Of a stretch of 64,000 bases of DNA, positions 9,027 to 18,204 are shown in pieces. The position numbers and the translations under genes were made by a program. The stretch is taken from positions 1 to 64,000 of the forward strand of contig JBBRNJ010000025.1 in assembly GCA_038230375.1 (NCBI GenBank), read 5' to 3'. Within the stretch, counting starts at the first letter, position 1. Each line of letters starts with the position of its first letter. The stretch is from Polyangiales bacterium (GTDB taxonomy: Bacteria; Myxococcota_A; Polyangia; Polyangiales; Polyangiaceae). The notes beneath the pieces are model-generated. The model was not told the origin of the DNA, did no database searches, and saw only the letters and a list, made by a program, of their open reading frames with translations.

Positions 9027-10453
9027 CCGTCCCCCCGTGCCCCTCCACCCGAACCTCCACCCGAACCACCTCCGCCTCCACCTCCACCTCCGCCTCCACC
9101 TCGACCTCCACCTCGACCTCCACCTCGACCTCCTCCTCCACCTCCTCCGCCCCCTCCCCTTCTCCCATCCACCTCCGCCGCGATCTTCTTCCACCCCTCC
9201 CCGTCGATCTCCCGCGCCGCCGCGGGAAAGAGCACCGCGTCCTCGAGCGCCATATGTGCATGATACATGTGTTTCAGCTCCTGGGTGATCCGCGCCAGAT
9301 CCTTCGCGACGTCTTCCCCGTTCGCGGCACCGTCAGCGAGCATGGAGAGCTCGTTGATGAGGCGCTCGTGCTCGCGATGCTCACCCTTGACGCCGGCGCC
9401 AAGGGCCGCGCGCGCGGCAGGCAGGCGCGGGATGAGGGACTCCTCCTCGTCCTTCTCGTGGCGGGCGACGTTGCGGCCGAAGAAGGCAGCCAGATCGCCG
9501 ATGCTGGTCTCGCCGGTATCGACACCCGCGAGCATCTCGTTCGTGCGCATGTGGCAACGCGAGAGCTGCGTCAGTACGCGGTGCGCCTCCTCCGGGAGCG
9601 GCTTCACGATCTCTTCGCCGATGACGCAGCAGTCTGCCTCGCCGCGGCCGCGCGCGATCGCGGCGTCCAGTGCTGCCGCCACGCCCGGTACCACGGACAT
9701 GTGCTGGCCGCCGCTCTCGGCGAGCTCGATCATGAGGCGTGCGTCCTTGCGCGCCATCGTCGCGGCAAAGCTGGGCGTGAAGTCGCCCTTGGCGAGCTTG
9801 GCGCCGCGGATGTTCACGGTGCCGGCGGGGGAGAACTTGGCGAAGAGCGTGAGCGCGTGCTCCGGGGCCACGCCCATGGCACGCGCCATCGCGAAGACGT
9901 CCGTGATGCCGCCGAGGACCGCGAAGATCATCGCGTTGCCGAACAGCTTGAAGCCCGCCGCGAGATCGCTCCGCTCGCCCAGGTAGAGGACCTCGCCGGT
10001 CATCTTCTCCAGGTGCGGCTTCACGCTGGCGAACAGCCAGCCCGGGCCCGACGCGAGGATGAGCCCCTTCGCGTCGTGCGCCATCTGCGGCGACATGAAC
10101 ACCGGCGCGTGCAAGAGCGAACGGCCCGCGAGCGCCTGCTTCGCGATGCGCCGCGCGGTGCCTTCGGGCGACGTGGTGGTGTGGTCCACGATGATCGCGT
10201 CCTTCGCAAGGCCTGGCTCGGCGGCCTCCAGCGTGGCGTCGACCACGGCGTCGTCAGACAGGATCAGGTGGACGCGAGACGCACCGCGCACCGCGTCCGC
10301 TGGTGTTGCGGCTGCGCGCGCGCCCTTCGCAACGAGCGGCGCCATCTTGTCCGCCGAGCGATTCCACACCACGACCTCTTCGCCTCGACCGAGCGCCGCG
10401 CTCGCGAAGCCGGCCCCGAGCATGCCCATTCCCATGAACGCAACGTGTGACAT
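9023..10453 (-). CDS. NAD(P)-dependent beta-hydroxyacid dehydrogenase fused to hemerythrin domain and Gly/RGG tail
   Basis: GMGMLG Rossmann motif, WNRS, APVFMSP and catalytic K (FKLFGN); then H...HEKDEE...EH...HMALE hemerythrin motifs; poly-Gly tail. Confidence 0.85.
   Translation of the reverse strand: MSHVAFMGMGMLGAGFASAALGRGEEVVVWNRSADKMAPLVAKGARAAATPADAVRGASRVHLILSDDAVVDATLEAAEPGLAKDAIIVDHTTTSPEGTARRIAKQALAGRSLLHAPVFMSPQMAHDAKGLILASGPGWLFASVKPHLEKMTGEVLYLGERSDLAAGFKLFGNAMIFAVLGGITDVFAMARAMGVAPEHALTLFAKFSPAGTVNIRGAKLAKGDFTPSFAATMARKDARLMIELAESGGQHMSVVPGVAAALDAAIARGRGEADCCVIGEEIVKPLPEEAHRVLTQLSRCHMRTNEMLAGVDTGETSIGDLAAFFGRNVARHEKDEEESLIPRLPAARAALGAGVKGEHREHERLINELSMLADGAANGEDVAKDLARITQELKHMYHAHMALEDAVLFPAAAREIDGEGWKKIAAEVDGRRGGGGGGGGGGRGGGRGGGRGGGGGGGGGGGGSGGGSGGGARGDG
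9040..9180. repeat. Hexamer tandem repeats (CCTCCA/CCTCGA) encoding the Gly/RGG tail
   Basis: Directly visible repeat run. Confidence 0.8.
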
Positions 10454-10487
10454 GCGACAATCCTATGCTGTGTACCCTTGTCGAGCC

Positions 10488-11774
10488 ATGGTCTCCCCTC
10501 GAACACTGACAGTGCCGGTCTCCGCGCTCGCGCTGGCGCTGGCTGTCACCGCGCTGGCGTGCGGTACGCCACCTCAGCCCCCGGTTCCCTCTCCGTCGCC
10601 AGCGGCGAAGGTCGCCGTGGTGATCGTGCCCTCTGCGGTCTCGAGCTCACCGCCCGCACCGGCTCCATCGCCCGCGAGCCCGTTCAAGGTGCTGTTCACG
10701 GACGCTGCAGAGATCGCGGCGTTTCCGTTCGCGAAGGATACGCTGCTCTTCACCACCAGCGAAGCGCCGCTCGCCGTCTGTACTGGCGCCGTGAGTCCAG
10801 ATAGCGCGTGCACCGACCTGCGTCCGCTGGTCGTCGACGCTGGTGCGCCTCCAACGGTGAGCTCGGTGCCACCGCCACATCGCTGGCGCAACACGGTGGT
10901 GACGATGGGCGGCGTGTGGCCGACCTCTGCTTGGATGGGCGTCGCACGCAGCGCTGGCGAAGAGTCCGTGATGGAGCTCTACACCTGGAAGAGCGCCGCG
11001 TGGGAACGCGTGCGGAAGACCGACGGACCATGGATCGCGCGCGTCCAGCAGCTCGTGCTCGTGGATGACGCCACGGTGCTCGGGCTGGCCATGATGCGCC
11101 CCGATCCAGAAGGTGCGGCGTTCGCGCGCGTGGCGCACCAGACGTGGCCGGGCGATCGCATCGTTGCGATCGCGGGCCCTGCGCGGTTTTTGCCCAAGCT
11201 TCAAGAGAAGACGCAGATGTTCACGCTGCACGCGATGCCGGATGGCACGCTGCGCGGGCTGGGCCAGCGGGTCAAGGACAACAGCGCGGCGACGTTCGTG
11301 CAGCACTGGGGACGGAACGGGGTGCTCGTACGCTCCGACGTGCTGCCGCTTCCCGATCGGTGCGACGGCGGCGAGATCAACGCGCAGCTCCTGCAAGGTC
11401 GCGATCCGGACGGCGTGGTCGTCGCCGGGACCGTGAGCTGCGGGACGGAGACGCGAGCGTACATCGCGCAGGGAAATGGAAGCGGCTTCGCCGTCGTCGA
11501 CCCGCCCGAGCCGACAGAGAACAAGAGACGCGCAGAGCTCACGGCCCTTGCAGCCCCTTCGGCGAACCAGCTCTGGATCGTGCTGGACGGCGCGCTGTTG
11601 CAGAAGCGGGTCGGCGCACCATGGACACGCGTGCCGATGCCCACGCTGACCGGCGACGCGTGCGTGCCAGAAGGGGTATGGGCGCGCGTGACGGGCGACG
11701 TCTTCGTCACCGCGGCATGCAGCACACCGGCGCAACCCAAGCAGCACGCAGTGCTCCGCGGCGCCTTTCCTTGA
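10488..11774 (+). CDS. Hypothetical lipoprotein, probable beta-propeller
   Basis: ALAC lipobox, Pro-rich linker, repeated W-containing strands (VWPTSAW, ANQLWIV, GDVFV). Confidence 0.6.
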   Translation: MVSPRTLTVPVSALALALAVTALACGTPPQPPVPSPSPAAKVAVVIVPSAVSSSPPAPAPSPASPFKVLFTDAAEIAAFPFAKDTLLFTTSEAPLAVCTGAVSPDSACTDLRPLVVDAGAPPTVSSVPPPHRWRNTVVTMGGVWPTSAWMGVARSAGEESVMELYTWKSAAWERVRKTDGPWIARVQQLVLVDDATVLGLAMMRPDPEGAAFARVAHQTWPGDRIVAIAGPARFLPKLQEKTQMFTLHAMPDGTLRGLGQRVKDNSAATFVQHWGRNGVLVRSDVLPLPDRCDGGEINAQLLQGRDPDGVVVAGTVSCGTETRAYIAQGNGSGFAVVDPPEPTENKRRAELTALAAPSANQLWIVLDGALLQKRVGAPWTRVPMPTLTGDACVPEGVWARVTGDVFVTAACSTPAQPKQHAVLRGAFP

Positions 11775-11855
11775 GTGTGGACGAGCCCCAAGGGCGACGA
11801 TCTTGAACGCAGCGTGTGACATGGAGACCGTCCTATGCTGTGCTCCACCTCTGCC

Positions 11856-12497
11856 ATGAGAAGCCTCACACCATTCACGTTCAGCGCTGCTCTCGCGGTC
11901 GCGGCCATTGCGCTCGTCGCCGTGGCGCCCGCATGCGGAGGCAAGCAATCCACGATCGATAGCAATGGCGACGGTGGTGGCGGCGGCGGTGGCGGTGGCG
12001 GCGAAGGGGGCTCTTCCACGACCGACTCGGGCCTCGCCGGATTTCCCGGCGCTGGAACGTTCTGCACGGGCGACACGCCGCGCATGATGGTGAACGGCGC
12101 GGAGGTGACGCTGCTGAAGACGCAAGGCAAGGCGGTGGTGCTGAACTGCTGCGACTCCGCAGAGCTCGTGCTCGCGACGAGCGCGTTCCAGTCGCTCTTC
12201 TACGTGCTGTGGCGCGCACCCGCGGGTCAGTCGCCAGGGCTCGTGGATGTCGGCGCGCCGCCAGCGAGCTTCTCCCTCGAGGTCGATCTGGGCTGCGATC
12301 CCACCACCTCGCCCTGCAACACAGGAAGCGCGGAGGAGCACTACTCCACGGGATTCCTAGGCCAGATCACCTACGGCAACGGCATGAACGCAAACACCAC
12401 CGGCTATTGCATCTCTGCTGCGGAGCCCAAGAACAGCCCGCACGCGGTGATTCACTCGCTGTCGATCTACGCGCCCAACGTCCCTTCGACGTTGTGA
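11856..12497 (+). CDS. Hypothetical lipoprotein
   Basis: APAC lipobox, poly-Gly linker, several Cys. Confidence 0.65.
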   Translation: MRSLTPFTFSAALAVAAIALVAVAPACGGKQSTIDSNGDGGGGGGGGGGEGGSSTTDSGLAGFPGAGTFCTGDTPRMMVNGAEVTLLKTQGKAVVLNCCDSAELVLATSAFQSLFYVLWRAPAGQSPGLVDVGAPPASFSLEVDLGCDPTTSPCNTGSAEEHYSTGFLGQITYGNGMNANTTGYCISAAEPKNSPHAVIHSLSIYAPNVPSTL

Positions 12498-13399
12498 GCT
12501 CCGCTTTGGTAGACGGACCTTCGTTGTCGACACCCGCCCGCCCTGCGATGTGGCCCGTGGTCGTGGCGTTCTTCGCCGCGGTGTTCGGGATGCTGTTCGC
12601 GAACGTGCTCCTCGCGGGCGTCGTCTTCGCGTTCTATGCGCGTGAGCTAGGGCTGACCGCTGGGCTCGAGGCGGTGGGCACATGGGCGATGTCGCTCCCC
12701 GGCCTTGCTGCGTCGGCGGGGGCGACGGGGCTCGTGCTCGCGATGGTCTCCGTTGGCGGCGCGCGGCTCGGAAAGCACGCGGTCTCCGAGCGCCTGCGGC
12801 TGGCGCGCGGTCGGCTCGGTGCGCTCCCGATCGCGGCCGCGGCGCTGTGCACCTTCGCGGGCGGCTTCCTCTTCAGTCAGTCGTTCGAGCTGTTCGGCTT
12901 CCGCGAGGACGGCGTGCTGGCGGTCATCACGAAGAGCGTGAACGAGGCCTCGTGGCCTGCATGGACGGTCTCCATCCTTGGCCTTGCGGTCGTGCCGGGC
13001 ATCGCGGAAGAGCTATTTTTCAGGGGGTTCGTGCAGACCCGCGCCGTTGCCGCGCTGGGGCCCGCGCGCGGGATCATCCTTTCCGCATTGCTCTTTGGCG
13101 TGTTCCACATGGACCTGAAGCAAGGGCTCTACGCGGCGCTCGTCGGGATGTTCCTGGGGTGGCTCGCGTTCCGCGCTGGCAGCATTCGCCCATCGATGCT
13201 CGCGCACGGCATGAGCAACTTCCTGAGCCTCGCCCTTGCAAAGCTCGGTGTGGGGCCCGAGACCACGCGGACCAAGATCATCCTGCTCGCGTTGGCCGCG
13301 ATGGTGATCGTGGGCACCGTGCTCCTGGTCCGACGCACCACGACCGCCGCCGCCCCGCCCAGCGCAACACCTGTCCCGCCGCTGACCCCTGACCTCTGA
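12494..13399 (+). CDS. CPBP (CAAX/Abi) intramembrane metalloprotease
   Basis: EELFFRG, FGVFH and HGMSN motifs; multiple TM helices; GTGA overlap (alternative ATG at 12548). Confidence 0.9.
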   Translation: MSSALVDGPSLSTPARPAMWPVVVAFFAAVFGMLFANVLLAGVVFAFYARELGLTAGLEAVGTWAMSLPGLAASAGATGLVLAMVSVGGARLGKHAVSERLRLARGRLGALPIAAAALCTFAGGFLFSQSFELFGFREDGVLAVITKSVNEASWPAWTVSILGLAVVPGIAEELFFRGFVQTRAVAALGPARGIILSALLFGVFHMDLKQGLYAALVGMFLGWLAFRAGSIRPSMLAHGMSNFLSLALAKLGVGPETTRTKIILLALAAMVIVGTVLLVRRTTTAAAPPSATPVPPLTPDL

Positions 13400-13417
13400 C
13401 CCTGACCCTGGCTGACG
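13382..13417. repeat. Short tandem CTGACC(Y) repeats at a convergent gene junction
   Basis: CTGACCC CTGACCT CTGACC CTGACC CTGG CTGAC. Confidence 0.6.
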
Positions 13418-13427
13418 GCCCCCGTGA

Positions 13428-14435
13428 CTATTTGCTTCCCGGATTGCTTGCTTCGCAGAGGTACGGGAGCGCGCGGATGCAGTCGACGTCGTTCCATCGG
13501 CCATCGCCCAGCGTGAGCGTCGCGCAGTCCTCGCCGCCGTTGCTGTCGTCGGGCTGCTTCGGGAGCCAGTTGCCGTAGGACATCATCGCGTTGTTCGACC
13601 AGCGGAACTTCCCCTCGTCCTTCTCGTCGGTGAGCCCGATCCAGAGACCCTCCGCCGGCTCGGCCGACGGGATGGCGAGCGGGTGCTTGAGCGCCGCGAA
13701 GAGCGCCTGGCTCTCCTCCGCGCTCGTGAGGACGGCCAGCTTGCCGCCGCTCTTCGCGCACGCCTTCTTGGCGCTATCCCAGTCCTTCATGTCGTCGCCG
13801 TGCGCGCAGAACACCGCATTGCCCGACGTGACCTTGCGCCCGGTGCACTGGAGCTTTGCGTCGCCGCGGCAGATGTAGCCGAGCGCCGTGCTGCACGACC
13901 CGTCGTTCCACTGACCAGAGTCCGCGAGCCACTGCTGGCAGTCCTCGAGCGCGGTCGTGTTGTCCGGCTTGCCGGGCAGCCAGTTCTTGTATGCGAGCGC
14001 CTTTCCGTCGCATTTCCATTTTCCCTCGGTCTCCTCGTCGGAGCAGCCGAGCCACATGGCGCTGCCATAGCCCCACGGCGACACGAGCTGCGCCGTGACC
14101 GCCTTCGTCTCGTCCGCGTCCGCGAGCACCGCAAGACGACCATGCATGCGCTCGCACTCGGAGGCGGCCTGATCGAACGGGCGCCGCGCCGTCATCAAGC
14201 AGTACTGCTTCGAGCCGGTACGCAACGTCGCCCCTTCACAAGCCATCGGCTGCGAGCCCGGCGCAACGACGACCGCCGCATCCAGAGCACCAGCATCCAT
14301 GATCGCCGCGACCGGAGGCGCATCGATCGGCTTCGCGCTGGCCACAGCAGTGGTGTCCTTCGGCGGAGGAGTCTCACCGCACGCGATCCCGGCAGCGAGA
14401 GCAAATGGAGCCAGGGCAAGGAGACGAGTCAGCAT
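13428..14435 (-). CDS. Lipoprotein with two C-type lectin domains
   Basis: GIAC lipobox; WLGCSD/WIGLTD, NWLP-KPD/QPD, EDC, WND and YICR/YLCE motifs in duplicate. Confidence 0.9.
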   Translation of the reverse strand: MLTRLLALAPFALAAGIACGETPPPKDTTAVASAKPIDAPPVAAIMDAGALDAAVVVAPGSQPMACEGATLRTGSKQYCLMTARRPFDQAASECERMHGRLAVLADADETKAVTAQLVSPWGYGSAMWLGCSDEETEGKWKCDGKALAYKNWLPGKPDNTTALEDCQQWLADSGQWNDGSCSTALGYICRGDAKLQCTGRKVTSGNAVFCAHGDDMKDWDSAKKACAKSGGKLAVLTSAEESQALFAALKHPLAIPSAEPAEGLWIGLTDEKDEGKFRWSNNAMMSYGNWLPKQPDDSNGGEDCATLTLGDGRWNDVDCIRALPYLCEASNPGSK

Positions 14436-14458
14436 TGGCGCAGAATACACGCAGCCGA

Positions 14459-15286
14459 TCACTGCGTCTTCCGTGCTGCAGATTCTTCGATTGCCGCCAC
14501 GATCGCCAAGGGGGCCTCGTAGTTAACCATGTGTCCAACGTCCGGCAGCGTGAGCGTGCGTGACCCAGCGATCTCCGCGCCCAGCCTCTCTGAGTGGAAT
14601 CGCGGGCAGGTGCGATCGAGATCGCCGCGAATCACGATCGCTGGCACGGGGACTTCCCCCAGGCGATCGTAGTACGACTCCGCCAGGGCAGCTCTCAGGA
14701 TGGGCAGGATGTTCGCGATGTTCACGCGCCGGAGACGCTCGATCATGCCATCGAGCACGCGCCGCTCGGGGCGCTTGCCGAAGAGGGGCCTGAGAAGGAG
14801 ACGCGACGCGAAATCGCTGCGCATCGCGAGACCCGCGATGCCGTGCTCGAGCATCGCCGCGTGAATGCGATTCTGAAAATTGTCCTTCGCCGCGTCGCCC
14901 GCGTGGCCGCTCACGAGGACCAGGCCCCGGAGGCGGCTCCTGGCAACGTCGGAGTGAAGGATGGAGAACACGACCGACAGAAAAGCGCCCAGCGAGTGAC
15001 CGACGAGCACGCCATCCGTGACGTCGTAGTGCGAAAGGATCGCCGCGTAGTCGCCGGCCATCAGGCGAGGAGAGATCGGCTCCGGACCCGCGCCGGAGTC
15101 TCCGTGCGCGCGCTGGTCGAACATGATGACCCGCCGTCCGCTCTTCAAGAGGACCGGCGCGATCTCCTCGAATGCGACATGCGAGTCAAGAATGCCGTGG
15201 GCAAGGACCACGGTCGGTCCCTGGCCGTAGATCCAGCAACGGAGCGGCGTGCCGTCATCGCGCGTGAGGATCTCGCCGTCGCCCAT
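14459..15286 (-). CDS. Alpha/beta-fold hydrolase
   Basis: LAHG, FDQRAHG, GHSLG nucleophile elbow, GDLD, GHMVNYE. Confidence 0.9.
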   Translation of the reverse strand: MGDGEILTRDDGTPLRCWIYGQGPTVVLAHGILDSHVAFEEIAPVLLKSGRRVIMFDQRAHGDSGAGPEPISPRLMAGDYAAILSHYDVTDGVLVGHSLGAFLSVVFSILHSDVARSRLRGLVLVSGHAGDAAKDNFQNRIHAAMLEHGIAGLAMRSDFASRLLLRPLFGKRPERRVLDGMIERLRRVNIANILPILRAALAESYYDRLGEVPVPAIVIRGDLDRTCPRFHSERLGAEIAGSRTLTLPDVGHMVNYEAPLAIVAAIEESAARKTQ

Positions 15287-15297
15287 CGGTCCGGCGC

Positions 15298-16377
15298 TCA
15301 AGGCGGCGGAACGAACCAGAGCTCCCCGAGTGGAAGTCCGTTCGCCCCAACGGTGAGGGTCGCGTCGCCGAGGACCTCCTTGCGATACTCGGGAATGCGG
15401 TTGAGCGAGAAGCCCACCATCACGAGTCCCGCCATCGTGGCGGTCGCCGGAATGACGAAGATGGACCGCTTGACCCCATTGTCGTCCGGTGAATGAGCGA
15501 TGAGGCTCGCCCCGTCCGAGATCACGTCCCAACCAACCACCGTGAGCGCCTGCGCAAGGAGCTGCTCGTCCGTGGCCGTGAGCGCATACTTCAGCGCGAC
15601 CACGTTGCGCGCGAGCTTCTTCGCGTCGTAGAAATGGGCGCGGTCCTCCTTCCGGGTCGGCGGCGTGGAGGCGCCCTCCGGCGTCACGTATTCCATGTCC
15701 CAGGCGGCGATCTGCTGCCAGACCGTGAGTGAGGTGATGTGAAACCACGGCACCGTTCCACCGTCCACCACATGGGTGCGGGTCGCGGTCACGACGTTCG
15801 CGGGACCGAAGGACGACGTGAACGCCTGGGCGACCTTGTCGTTCCCAGAGGGTGTCTCGTCGCCAAGGCCGATCCCCGACACGCCGACGGCGGAGCCGAA
15901 CGTTCCGGCGACCAAGAGCTCGAGGTAGGTTCGCTCGAAGGTGGGATAGGCCCCCGTGTAACTGCCAGTCCCGCTGTCACCCGTGTCGGTCGTGCGCTGT
16001 TCGACATAGGCGAACTCTTCATTCAGCCACTTTGATGTACCGAACGCGGCGAATGTGGCCGCCGGCACGATCCGATAGGAGTGATTGATGTACACCGGCA
16101 CCGCGAACGCATTCGCACTCGCGATGCCGCCGTCCAGGATCGGGGCCCAGGCGGGATCAGTGGATTCGCCGTCCACCGTGGTCCCGATCGCGTCCGGTGT
16201 GCCCGCGTCGCTGGCGGTGGCGTCGTCCGTGGTTGCAGCGTCTGCATCCGTTGCATGCGCCCCGCTCGAGCTGCACTCGAACAGCACGGGTGTGACGAGC
16301 AGGAGCATGGCAACCGAAGGCGCACCCCACTTCGCGAGCCGCGATTTGGAACGCTCATCTGTGATTCGAAGTGTCAT
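15298..16377 (-). CDS. Exported protein resembling the DUF5829 family (VOC-like)
   Basis: INHSYRIV...EFAYVEQRTT...SYTGAY...TYLEL pattern as recalled for that family; start uncertain. Confidence 0.55.
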   Translation of the reverse strand: MTLRITDERSKSRLAKWGAPSVAMLLLVTPVLFECSSSGAHATDADAATTDDATASDAGTPDAIGTTVDGESTDPAWAPILDGGIASANAFAVPVYINHSYRIVPAATFAAFGTSKWLNEEFAYVEQRTTDTGDSGTGSYTGAYPTFERTYLELLVAGTFGSAVGVSGIGLGDETPSGNDKVAQAFTSSFGPANVVTATRTHVVDGGTVPWFHITSLTVWQQIAAWDMEYVTPEGASTPPTRKEDRAHFYDAKKLARNVVALKYALTATDEQLLAQALTVVGWDVISDGASLIAHSPDDNGVKRSIFVIPATATMAGLVMVGFSLNRIPEYRKEVLGDATLTVGANGLPLGELWFVPPP

Positions 16378-16443
16378 TCGGCGTACCCGAGTCGGTGTCC
16401 GTGGAGCCAGAAGCAGGCTTCGCTCGAGGAATGGGCGGGCGGG

Positions 16444-17394
16444 TCAGCCGCCGCAGGTGGTGGGCAGCGTGCACACGGAGCTCACGCAGCGGGCAGGCGC
16501 CTGGCAGAGCCCGGTCGTGCCCGTGGCATCGCAAGAGGCTCCGTCGGCCAGACCCGCCTTGCACGTTCCGGTGCCGCCACCGGTGGCCGTCGCGCACATG
16601 GCGCCCGGGCCCTGACACAGGATGATGTCCGTGCCCTGAAGCCCGCAGGCCGAGCCCGGGGTCGCAGACTTGGCGGTCTGGCAGACCTTGGAGGTCGGAC
16701 TGCAGACCAGGAGCTTGAACTGATCACAGTCATTGCCGGTGCACGCGTCACCGGCCTGGTTGTAGGCAGAGCAGCTTCCCGTGGTCGCGCCTGCGCCTGC
16801 GCCCTTGCAATAGAGGCCAGAGGCGCACGGCTTGGAGGTGTCGCAAGACGCGCCCGCACCAGCGAGCGCCACGCACGTGCCGTTTCCGCCGCACACGAGC
16901 CCGAACTCGCAATCTCTGCTGGCGGTGCACTTTTCGCCCGCAGCGACGCGGGTCCCGCATGCGCCGCAGGCGGCGTCCGTGCCGAACTTGCAGTAGGTCG
17001 ACTGGCACTGGTCGTCGTCCTGACAGGTTGCGCCCGCGGCAAGGGTGCCAGCAATCGGCTTGCACGATGGCGTCGGACTGCGCGACGAACCAAGGATCTT
17101 GTCGCAACTGAGATCGTTCTGCTCAGACGTGCAAGCCTGCGCGACCGACGGGGTCAACGCTGTGCTCTTCGCGTTGAGCGCATTGAGGCAGGAGATCTTC
17201 TCGCGCGCTGCACACGTGGGGACGTCGACGTACGCAAAGGTGAAGAGCTCGGGGAAGCAAGTCTTGATCTTGTTGCATACCGTGGTCGATATCGAATCGC
17301 ACGCTGCGTCCGGGCTGGAGGCCGTGTTGGAGGACGTACACGCGGCGGCAGCGACGACGAAGAATGTGATGGCGGTGACGGTAAGACGTTTCAT
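16444..17394 (-). CDS. Cys-rich repeat lipoprotein
   Basis: AAAC lipobox; repeated GxxC...C...GLxC units; SD AGGGGA. Confidence 0.75.
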   Translation of the reverse strand: MKRLTVTAITFFVVAAAACTSSNTASSPDAACDSISTTVCNKIKTCFPELFTFAYVDVPTCAAREKISCLNALNAKSTALTPSVAQACTSEQNDLSCDKILGSSRSPTPSCKPIAGTLAAGATCQDDDQCQSTYCKFGTDAACGACGTRVAAGEKCTASRDCEFGLVCGGNGTCVALAGAGASCDTSKPCASGLYCKGAGAGATTGSCSAYNQAGDACTGNDCDQFKLLVCSPTSKVCQTAKSATPGSACGLQGTDIILCQGPGAMCATATGGGTGTCKAGLADGASCDATGTTGLCQAPARCVSSVCTLPTTCGG

Positions 17395-17500
17395 GCGTTC
17401 CCCTGTGATCTTGTCTGCACGGGATCTCGTGCGACGAAAGAGCGTGATCACCATGTATACGTGCCTTTCGGCGCGTCAGGCGAAAAACCTCTTGGCGCGA

Positions 17501-18094
17501 TCACTTCGCTTCGGTGCAGGTGATGTCGAACGTCACCTTCATGGTGAGCGTGTGCATCTTGGTGGAGTTTCCCTTGTCCATGAACGACGGCAGGTTCGCC
17601 TCGCCGACGGCATGTTCGGTGGCGAGGTCCCATGACGTCAGGGTGACGGTGTGCTGTGGCGGCGACGACGCACCGGTCGCGCTGGCGCCGCTGGACAGCT
17701 GCAACGTGCCCTGGCTGAAGGTGACAGCGGACTTCTGGCCCTCGTTGAAGGTGCCAGTCATGTCGGGCACCCCGACGCCGATCGTCGTGAACTGGAGACC
17801 GGGCGAGCCGTCGTCGCAGCCGAGCGTGATCTCGCCACCGCCAGCGACGGTGTGATGGAGGAACACGCGCATGGGGTCGACCACGCAGTCGAACGATTTG
17901 TCGCCCGCGCCATCGAGATTGTAGGTGACGTGCACAGTGCCGTTCGTGGCAACCATGCCGCCGTCGGTGCCCGGGGCAGCCGCGTCTCCGGCGCCCCCTT
18001 CGGCCGACGTACCAGGGCCTCCCGGACTGCTGGAGCTCGAACAACCACACGTGAGAGTGGCAAGAAAGAGAGTGAGAGTCAGATAATTCCGCAT
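17501..18094 (-). CDS. Hypothetical lipoprotein
   Basis: TCGC lipobox, Gly/Asp linker, beta-rich domain. Confidence 0.65.
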   Translation of the reverse strand: MRNYLTLTLFLATLTCGCSSSSSPGGPGTSAEGGAGDAAAPGTDGGMVATNGTVHVTYNLDGAGDKSFDCVVDPMRVFLHHTVAGGGEITLGCDDGSPGLQFTTIGVGVPDMTGTFNEGQKSAVTFSQGTLQLSSGASATGASSPPQHTVTLTSWDLATEHAVGEANLPSFMDKGNSTKMHTLTMKVTFDITCTEAK

Positions 18095-18204
18095 TGTCCG
18101 CTTATGCACGAGCGCAGATCATTTGTCACCGCCAATGACACTACCGCGTCATCGGGGTTTGCGTTTTGCGTTCGCTTGTTCCGCACGCGGTGTAGAATCG
18201 ACCC

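Noticed and set aside
8866..9180. Hexamer repeat runs as a CRISPR array or non-coding repeat
   Set aside because: No spacers; they encode Thr-Ser and Gly linkers in frame.
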